From Octopus sinensis (Eukaryota), in assembly GCF_006345805.1 (NCBI RefSeq), contig NC_043009.1:53444001-53508000 (forward strand): 64,000 nucleotides of DNA. The letters run 5' to 3'. Under the pieces are notes generated by a model, which searched no databases, had not been told where the DNA came from, and saw only the letters and a program-made list of their open reading frames with translations. The position numbers and the translations under genes were made by a program. This document shows, in pieces, positions 54,627-64,000 of this stretch; the stretch's first letter is position 1; each line of letters begins with the position of its first letter.

Positions 54627-54921
54627 TAAAACGATTCCTGTTCAATCTGCGTTCAGCTCCATTTCTTCAATTCACCAATAATGTTTTAATTTCAATTATC
54701 CGCACCAACGCACGGTTGCAACGCCAGATGGTTGTACCTCCACCGTGCTGTTTACTGCTGTGATTTTTGCTACTAAGGTATCGGTTAAACTGTTGATTAA
54801 TCTACTACAAGATTATTCATCTTTCTATTTCACATAATATATATATATATAATATATATATATATATAAATTCATGTATATGTATTAAATGTATATACCT
54901 ATACAATATATATTTATACAT

Positions 54922-54969
<48 letters not shown>

Positions 54970-54972
54970 TAT

Positions 54973-55048
<76 letters not shown>

Positions 55049-55324
55049 TTAGATAGATATACATATATGTATAAATCTCTCTGTGTGTATTAAGTGTTTT
55101 TGTACATTAATGAAACGATCACTGACATAACGTTCAGTCTACAATCATATAAACTTTATCTTTAGAAGGATAAAATTGCAAGTGACTTCGAAGTTTCGGC
55201 CGTATAGTCGAAAATCCGAAGTTCTGGTAAACTCCCTTTTATAAAATGTATATATATATGACATTTCTATCCTTCGTGGAAATATGTCTATGTGTATATG
55301 TATGTATATATATATATATATAGG

Positions 55325-55560
55325 TACACTCCAACATAATTTCTTTTCTTCAACAGGCCCTGCCCTGTTTAACATTGTCCCGAAAGAGATCAGAGAGTAA
55401 AAGGATCCCATCAACTTTAAACGGAGTCTGGACAGATTTCTCCAAGGAATACTGGATAAACCACCCATAATTGGATACAACTCACCCAACAAGAACTCAC
55501 TACTTGAATGAACCATAAACAAAACTTGACTTAAACAGGATTTAGATAATCCTATCAGGT
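55325..55560 (+). mobile_element. CR1-group LINE 3' fragment
   Basis: GPALFNIVPKEIRE*KDPINFKRSLDRFLQGILDKPP..NKNSLLE. Confidence 0.7.
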
Positions 55561-56045
55561 GGACCAATCTTTGGTCGAAACATATCTAAGTTTTATCTAA
55601 GTTATATATATACATATATCAACACAGAAGTATAGACATTAACGTATGCAGTGTAAGAAAATATGTTAAGAAATGATAGCAAAACAGCAGTGATATAAAT
55701 TTTAAAATCAATGGAACGGGTCTTAGTTATTGGTTTTAAGAAAGATAAGAAACCATATCTCGTGGGTGATCATCAAACAGATGATTTGATCCAAATGCTT
55801 ATAGGAAACATGTTTATATACTCCCACGTTAATTACACATATAATGTTAGCTATATCGGTCAAATTATGCTCGAAGAGAATATTTTTCCTCGATTACTCG
55901 TAATTTAAAAAAAAATCAAACCACAGATTTTGACTAATGTTGAATTTTTCCCACAACCTGGGAAGATTATACATTGTATGTAACACTGGGTAGATCTGAG
56001 TCAAATATTTTGTATACATCAGCCTTAATTATATATGTCTAACAG

Positions 56046-56400
56046 ACGCCGGAGTGACTGTGTGGTAAGGAGCTTGCGTGACAGCTTGGGCAAGTGTCTT
56101 TTACTATAGCCTCGGTCCGACCAAAGCCCTGTGAATGGATTTGGCAGACGGTAACTGAAAGAATCCCGTCATATATATAAGTGTGTGTGTGTGTGTGTGT
56201 GCGTGTGTGAGTTTCTTCCCCCTCCGTCGCTTGACAACCGATGTTGGTGTGTTTACATCCCTGATCTCTAGCGGTTCCGCAAAAGAGACCGATAAAATAA
56301 GTACTAGGCTTGCAAAGAATAAGTCCTGGGGTTGATTTGTTCGACTAAAGGCGGTACTCCAGCATATCCGCAGTCAAATGACTGAAGCAAGTAAAAAAAA
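56046..56400 (+). mobile_element. Family B SINE (other partial copies at about 13220-13435 and 39310-39420)
   Basis: Same consensus. Confidence 0.8.
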
Positions 56401-56578
56401 GATGCATTTTGATTATATGCATGTATATTCATTAGTCTAACACTCTTCGATTACTTGTAAATTTAAAAAATCGAACCCTATGTTATGTTGCTTAGTTTTA
56501 TGCAGTCATTTTCTAAAACTTTCATACATTTCAACATATATTACGCTAGGTATGAACAAAACATTAACTACCGAGGAA

Positions 56579-56885
56579 ATGTTACTTAGTTAGTTAATTT
56601 GGCTCAAAAGCAAATAGCAAGGCCATGTAGGGGGACATGGAGTTAAGTATAGGGCGGTGTTCATGTAAAGAGTTCAGGCCACTTGAGGTCCAGGGAGGCT
56701 TTGAACAAAGCGGTCGTCGGCATCTTCACCATCTCGTCTGGCAGCTTGTTCCACGGATCCGCAACCCGGACGGAGAAAGCTCCTCTCCTTCGATTGAGAT
56801 GAAATCGTCGCAGGTAGAGCTTTTCGGAATGACCCCGCAGCCGATGCTCTGGAGCAGGAGTGAAGAACAGCTCTTTCGAGAAGTT
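56579..56885 (-). mobile_element. CR1 LINE 3' end with (TAAC)-type tail
   Basis: RLRGHSEKLYLRRFHLNRRRGAFSVRVADPWNKLPDEMV..LFKASLD; tail ttaactaactaagtaac. Confidence 0.8.
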
Positions 56886-57439
56886 ACACTTTCCGCTTAT
56901 GATGGTCTATGCTATGCTGTCACACTGTCCAGCACTAATATCTAATGGTGAATTTAAATTATTTTTTCCCCCAAAAGATCATCTGGTCAGGTTTTAAATA
57001 AACATGATCCAGACAGATTTTAATTACGAATCTCGAAATTCATATATAAAATATTTTAAACAGAGTTTAATATTTATTTGCGCCATTTTGCAGTACCTTT
57101 CTCTTTTCTCTTGTTCTTGTTGCAGTTTAACACTGGGGTTGATATAGTCGACATATTCCCCTGTCTGTCCTTGCTTGTCCCCTCTATGTTACCCCATCCC
57201 TGTGAGCAATAAAGAAATAAATATTATATTGCGTTAAATATTTTGCTAATTATTTCGGTAAGTACTTGATTCAAGAATAGAAAGACGTTTAGTATATGAA
57301 AATGTCTATGATTATTTTGTGGGATCGAAGAGCTCTTTGCGTTCTGATAGCAGCGAATGTGACTATGCCGGTTCAAAGCTGCATCTGCCCAAGTCGGCGG
57401 TGTTTCCCCTGGATTGTCAGTGATCGCATAAGAAATAAT

Positions 57440-57600
57440 AACAGTAATTATTTACATTATTTACATTATTTAAATTCGACGGATATTTGTCCGCATCTTG
57501 TTTGTTGTTAACGCAACGTTTCAGCTGATATACTCTCCAGCCTTCTTCAGGTGTGTTGGTGAAATTTCGAACCTGGTTTCTCCTTCCTAAGGCATTCTTC
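57440..57600 (-). mobile_element. Penelope-type terminal-repeat fragment with a degenerate hammerhead (57511-57558)
   Basis: Minus strand: acacac-CTGAAGA-aGGCTGgagagtatatCAGCT-GAAAC-GTTgcgtt; stem I is imperfect. Confidence 0.55.
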
Positions 57601-57604
57601 AAAC

Positions 57605-57660
<56 letters not shown>

Positions 57661-57661
<1 letters not shown>

Positions 57662-60375
57662 TATGTTTGACTTTTGCTTTATATTTGTACAAGTTGGCTC
57701 CAAGTCTCACCCAGAGACCTCAAGAGACAACAGGGTTGGAAGTTCATGTTGTTGTTATGCCTAGTGTGCCATATATTTGGGGGGTGGGGATGTTGTACTA
57801 ATGAATGTCTAAAAAAAAAAGGTTTTTTTTTTTTTTTTTTTTAAACCGAAAATTATGTTTGTTTTAAACCTTGAGATTACATAGAGAGTATTTTGCGTAG
57901 GATATGAGCAGTTCCCATGAGCACTATCTTTTGAACTTCTGCCATTTTTGGGTTTCCTGGTATCTGAGTTAGGTAGCTATCAGCCCCTTTTGCTATCATT
58001 CCCAGGGCACCTATGACAACAGGTATTGTTTTAGTCTTCAGCTTCCACATTTTGCTGATTTCTATTTCAAGATCTTTATATTGCTCAGTTTTTGGTAGGT
58101 CTTGACAGATACGTTTATATCGATTGGGACAGTCATATCAATGAGGAGGCATGTTCTTTGTTTGAAGTTTTTCAATATGATGTCTGGCCTATTTGCATCT
58201 ATCTTCCTGTCAGTTTGAATGGTGAAGTTCCAGAGGAGTGAGATGTGGTCATTTTCAAGCACTGGGGGTGGTTTGTGTTCCCACCAGTTTTTTTCATGGG
58301 GCAAATCCAGGTTTTTACAGATTACCCAGTGAATATATTGTGCAGCTCTATCGTGCCTGTTGAGATACTCTGTAGGCGCTAGAAGACTGCACTTGGAGAC
58401 CACATGGTAAATGGTTTCATTTTGTTGCTTGCATACACGACACGTTGGACTGCTTCTGATCTTTAATATGTTGGCCTGGTAGTTTCTTGTTGGTAGGCAT
58501 TGATCTTGAGCTGCTATGATAAACCCCTCTGTTTCAGATTTTAAGCCAGAGGCCATTAGCCATTGATGGGTCAGGGCTTTGTCGATATCTGCATTATTCG
58601 CTCTCTTGGGGTATTTGCCATAGAGAGGTTTTTCTTGCCATTTATTATTCAGAATATCTAAGGCCGCAGTTTTGGCACGGGTTTTCATGCGCCTAGCTTT
58701 TTCTGTGCTTGTTTCTTGTATATCTATCTCTAATTCCGAAATTGGTTGTATTCGGAATTCACTTAGATATTCCTTTGCCTGTTTTGTGACTGAGTATGAT
58801 GCTTTCTTGTTTTCATGTTTTGAGACAAGTTTTAGCATCCAGTCCTCAGAGTTTTTCAGGTAGGTGTCTAGGCCAATTGTAGCAATCTTCATTGTTATTG
58901 CCAGTTGCAAAAGACCACGGCCTCCCTCTTTTCTTGGCAGATAGAGTCGTTCTGTATCTGCCTTAGGGTGGTGCATTCTATGCATTGTCAACAGTTTCCT
59001 TATTTTTCTGTCGAGCTGACATATTTCAGTAATTGACCAGTTAACAATATTGAAACTGTAAGTCACGACTGGTATAGCTAATGCATTGATTGCTTCGATC
59101 CTGTTTCTTGCATTCAGCTCTGTCTTGAGTATTGCTCTCACTCTTCGATAGCATTCTCTCCTGATCCTTTCCTTCATCTCTGAATGCCTTATTCCGTTCC
59201 CTTCAATTATCCCTAGGTACTTGTAGCTCTCCGCTGGGTCTAGTTCTTTTATGACATTCTGTTGGTCAAGGTTAACGTTAGATGTTTCTGTCATTTTTCC
59301 TTTGATAAAGGTAGCCTTTGCACATTTATCGAGGCCGAATTGCATTCTGATGTCGTCACTGAATTGTTTGACTATCGCTAGTAAGCCCTTGAGTTGTTGA
59401 TCATTTTTTGCAAAAAGCTTTAAATCATCCATGTAAACGAGATGATTTATATTTTTATCAAACATTTTATACCCGTACTGCGCATCATTGAGCAGCTTTG
59501 AGAGAGGTATTAAGGATAAACAAAAGAGGAGTGGTGACAGTGAGTCACCCTGGAAAATGCCACACGAAATTTTTACATCACCAGCATTTAGGGATTCACT
59601 GTCACTGTTCAGAGTTAGTGTGGTTCTCCATGATCTCATACTTACAGTCAAGAAGTTTCGCAGAGTTGGTGCTATCTTATACATTTCAAGGCATTTCCTA
59701 ATCCAGCTATGTGGTAGGCTATCAAAAGCCTTTTTATAGTCTATCCAGGCTATTGATAAGTTTTTGTGTCGTTTGTGACAATCTTCTAAGATCATCTTAT
59801 TGATGAGTAGTTGGTCTTTACAGCCGTAGGATCCACGTTTACATCCTTTCTGTTCATTAGGGAATATGCTGCTGTCTGTTAAAAAACTATAGGTATATTC
59901 CGTCAGGACAGATGTTAGTGTTTTGTACATAGTTGTTAAGCAGGTTATGGGTCTATAGTTTTTTGGTTCATTTGTTTCTTCACTTTTTGGAAGCAGGAAT
60001 GTTAACCCATTAACTAGCCAAGGAGGCATCCTACTAGGGTGTTGCAAAACATCATTGTACAGTTCTGTTAGCAGTTCATGGCTCTCTGGGAAGGCATTCA
60101 GCCAGAAGTTAGGAATTTTATCCTTTCCTGGAGACTTCCATTTGCTTGACCTCCTGAGAGCAGATCTTATATCTTCTACCTTGACACCCTCCCACTTTTG
60201 CTCTTCTAAGGGGTCCAGTTCTGTAGATATTCTGTCAATCCAGGGGGCCTTTTCGTTGTGTGTTTTTTCTTCTGCCCAGATTTTATTCCAAAATCTCTGC
60301 ACTTCTTCTTTTGATGGTACAGACCCTGCAGTAAACGCTGTTTTTCCTATCTTCCTGTAAAAATTCTTGGTGTTA
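57661..60375 (-). mobile_element. 5'-truncated R4/Dong-like non-LTR retrotransposon with 3' UTR and (AAT)n tail
   Basis: RT, CCHC and restriction-like endonuclease coding region, then a 3' UTR ending ...caaacatag(aat)n at 57661; (ATT)n on both flanks. Confidence 0.92.
57877..60302 (-). CDS. R4/Dong-like RT-RLE ORF (746 aa open, then one frameshift near 58080 before the last about 65 aa)
   Basis: NYRPITCL, DYKKAFDS, GIFQGDSLSPLLF, YMDDLKL, CRVC..ETIYHVVSKC, NRPDIIL..LIDMTVP. After a 1-nt deletion it continues KYKDLEIEISKMWKL..GTAHILRKILSM*. Confidence 0.9.
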
Positions 60376-61378
60376 TTTTTTTTATTATTATTATTATTAT
60401 TATAATTATTATTATTATTATTATTATTATTATCATTATTATTATCATTATTATTATTATTATTATTTTCATTATTATTATTGTTCAGGTCACTGCTTGG
60501 AATCGAACTCGGAATCTTGGGGTTAGTAGCCAGCGCTCTTAACCATATACCTGTGGGGCATATGGCGTAGTGGTTAAGAGCACTGGCTACCAGTAATTAT
60601 TATTACTTCTTCTATAGGAGCAAGGCCAGCAATTTTAGAATTGAGTAAGTTAGTTACAACAACTCCAGTGCTCAGATATTTCGGACCCAAAATTGTGAAC
60701 GTGGAATTTGCACTAACTCAGAACGTACAAATCCAGAATACATGCCGCAATGCATTTCACCCTACGTCCTAAAAACATTGCTAGCTGACCGCTGTTTATG
60801 AAGGATAATAATAATTAAATTAATTATAATAATCAAAACTTGTATGACATGGACCCACGCATACATTTTCAGATGCATAAGCAATGATGACCAATAAAGG
60901 ACCTAAAACAACTTTAATTCTGTGAACATGAAAAGCTGACTGAAAGTAGATATATAAAGTGCAACTGGTAGATATATATATATATAATGAGTAATATATT
61001 ATTATTGTTTAATAATATATTGTGTTAATTATTTTGCTACTTATTTCGGTAAGTATTTGATAAATTCAAGATATATATTTTTTGGTATTGTAACCGTATA
61101 TATTACTTAAACCGCATACAACAAGATTATAAAATTACTTCTAATGTGTACAGGGTATACACACTTTATCTAGTGCAGAACACAATATTTAGCAGAGAAT
61201 ATTAAGATGTTTAGTAATTTTTTTAGTATGTTACAGTTTACCCGGGTACACTGCTAATACGTTATTCTATGTGCTCTTGTTTTAACCTATGATGTACAAT
61301 ATATGCGAGCAAAGACTTCTTAATGCGCGCGAATCGGATTTCATCAAATTCAAGAGTTTAAATGACATTTTTACTCAC

Positions 61379-61444
61379 CTCACAGATAACCTTCCTGGCA
61401 GCATTTTCTCTGAACCCTCCAATGATAATCCGTGCGTCATTAAC
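61379..61444 (-). CDS. Internal coding exon of a GABA-B receptor-like class C GPCR (Venus flytrap domain); encodes VNDARIIIGGFRENAARKVICE
   Basis: Minus strand reads ttccttctccacag|GTTAATGACGCACGG...ATCTGTGAG|gtgagt; 66 nt, phase 0-0. The peptide matches the GABA-B motif D(A/V)RII(I/V)G.F.E..ARK(V/A).CE. Confidence 0.9.
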
Positions 61445-64000
61445 CTGTGGAGAAGGAATTTAAACAATTGTAATATATATCGAGAAACAAAGTCTATTTA
61501 CATGCCATTTTTCATTAATATCAACGAAAACGATGCGAAGACTACAAGAACAACCACAGCCAGCAGCAGACACATTCTGTATAAGAAAAATACAGTGTTA
61601 TGTTTTAAAAAGGGAAATGAAGCTATTTAAATGCCACCAAGTTTGACAAATCAATGTTCTGACTGGGGAAACAGCATTATTTCTTGATCGTCTTGTGATT
61701 TCTTTAGGCCCTGGTATAACTAAGAATGCACTAACGTTTCCTTCTTCATTTTAAATTTAGTAGGATGTATTTTGAAGTGGTTCTGGTTGTTATTTCTAGC
61801 GTTTCAAGCGAGCGGTCAGAAGCTCCATGACTGCCTCATCAACAAAGAAAATCTAAATAAGAATGGCAATTGTCTGTCTTCGGGGAATGGAAGAGTCAGA
61901 ATTACATAAAATTCTCAGAATGCGTTTTATTTATTCAATACTCGGTTATCTATTGCAAAGATTCAGATGAAGCGATATGGATTAGGATTTAAATATTCTA
62001 ATGAACGACAACAAAAGCCTTGAAGACAATTTGAATTGACATTTTAGGAGTTAGTAGTTGAATTACTTTGTAAAGCTGATTACTTTGTGTGTCTTATTGT
62101 TGCGATGGACCAACATGTACGATAGCTGAATGCGATAGAAGGAAGCTAACGTCATAGCGAGTAATTAGCTGGTTAGCAAGAAATAGCAGCTAAATTCTCC
62201 TGAAACCACACTCAACTATTTCACAGAAAAGGTCATATTTGATAAAATCATCCTAGACATACTATACATAAAAACAAATAATTATTTTTGTGAGGTGTCT
62301 GATATTGTGTCTGCTACAGCAGAGCGAGTTCAGAGCTAAACAAGAAATGAAACCTGACAGAGTACGAGCTAATGCAAGAGATAGCCGCTAAATGTACTCG
62401 ACTCAAAGTAGAGGAAGGTATATACAATGGCGCATTGGATGGAAAAGTTGAAAGCTTCCCTGACAATTCAAAGTGTTGTTTTGGTATAAGGGGGTAGCAC
62501 GCCTCTCATGTTTACAAGTGATGTTGGTTAGCGTGTCACGATGAGCAGACTGGTTAATTTAATAATAAATATATTATGTATGCAAGAGATCTGGAACTCC
62601 TTTGATCATAGGTCTTAATTACGACCGAACTGGGGCTACACGACCACCACAACAAAACCAATCTGAATTACTATAGGCGTTAATCATTTCCTTTTAATGC
62701 TGGTTTTGCTGTTTAGCCTTGGTTAGCCATACTGCAGTAGAAATAATCAAGACGTTCCAGACGTAACCATCCAACTCTTTTAGAGGGTCATGAATATCGA
62801 ATATGTGAAGAATATGTAGCTGTTGTCTGTAGCAGAGCGAACAACTATCTACGATCCCCGAGTTTGGTTTTGTTTCTTAAAATAAATTGTTGGTTATTGC
62901 CACTAATTTACTCCCATCAAGTTGATGTAATATCAAACGCTTGACTAACCAATTTTTTTATAGTATTTTACTGCTTTTTTTTATACATAAACGTCTGACA
63001 AATGATCCGATAGACTTAAGTAGGCTATGCGATATTGACGAAGTCCAATTATACTAAATCCTGTTTGCAGACGTCACAAAAAATACGACAGTGGCCAGGT
63101 TGTTTGCAAACAGCCAATTTTTTTTCACGTAAATGGTTAAACAAATATTGAGGAATATTCTTTTTTCATTTCTTCAAATTATCTCCATTTTTTCTTGAAT
63201 CGCTCACAAATACCACTATTTATCTTATTTTTGTTATCTTTCTCCATCTAAGAAGAGAAAATTAAATCAAGAAAATGTTGTGAATACCATTCATTAATCT
63301 TTATTTAGCATTATCTAATGTATCTATTTAGGATGCTATGTCGGTGGTGCCAGAAATCAGTCTGCCGCTAGGTTCTGAGTTCAAATTCCGCCGAGGTCAA
63401 CTTTGCCTTTCATCCTTTCGGGGTCGATTAAATAAGTACCAGTTATCCACTGGTGTCGATATAATCGACTTAATCCGTGTGTCTGTCCTTGTTTGTCCCT
63501 TCTGTTTGTAGCCCCTTGTGAGCAGTAAGGAAATACGAAAACAATCAGCAACTTTTCCAGGGAAAACGTTTTATGTTTTAATAAAATAAACCAAGATGTT
63601 TTTGGTAAATAACATGATTCGAGCCATAAACTTTTCTGTTTTAATTTTGAGTAGTCAGGAGTCAATGCTGCAGAGACTATGAGCATAATATGATGATTAT
63701 TACCGGTCGTTGTTGCTGTTTAGCACTACGTCAGAACTATGATCAAAGATCATCACAACTGTGACCATCTTGTGTGTTCCTTGGGTAGAGCTGACTCGGG
63801 ACCACGTTACCCACACAGTCACACAAGTGCACGCACGAATATACGTACACACACATGCATGCAAGTGCACAAATACATACGCTCACGCACACATAACAAT
63901 AACCGTCACATGCGAGCGAGTATGTCTCGGTTGCATGTAACATGCTTTTAGTTGTCTATGTGGGTGTGAACAGACATACCATCTCTTTTGACCGGTTCTC

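Larger units (their letters stand above)
51930..54688. mobile_element. Penelope-like element arranged as a spacer-less inverted duplication (palindrome); each arm = GIY-YIG frame + 3' UTR + hammerhead
   Basis: Arms 51930-53311 and 53312-54688 are reverse complements about ctactccca|tgggagtag. The differences I noticed are a 4-nt indel near the centre and a 1-nt indel in a TA tract. (TA)n lies on the left and about 150 bp beyond the right end. Confidence 0.85.

Overview
AT-rich, microsatellite-saturated animal genomic DNA. The SINE/LINE complement and the TA/CA/AAT/ATCT repeats look like an octopus (cephalopod) genome; this is inferred from repeat families, not from a marker gene. The window lies inside one minus-strand host gene, a GABA-B-receptor-like class C GPCR. 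Only two coding exons were found: 61379-61444 (VNDARIIIGGFRENAARKVICE) and 10801-10995 (AYRLKLYGRRHVWMLNGGY...SIGGL). They join in frame across a 50,383-bp intron. The introns are filled with tRNA-derived SINEs, R4/Dong-like, CR1-group, RTE and Hero/NeSL-like LINE fragments, a decayed mariner, MITEs and Helentron-type non-autonomous elements. The most striking content is a set of Penelope-like/retrozyme-like elements carrying type I hammerhead ribozyme (HHR) motifs, mostly embedded in (TA)n tracts. (i) A spacer-less 2.76-kb palindrome (51930-54688) whose arms each carry an apparently intact GIY-YIG endonuclease frame without RT, plus an HHR. (ii) A 471-bp-period non-coding HHR element with a 219-bp fold-back (37336-38153). 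(iii) Further HHR motifs near 30.9, 40.3, 43.8 and 57.5 kb. Every well-supported HHR locus has a copy on the host-gene sense strand. All calls were made by eye, without database searches or folding software.
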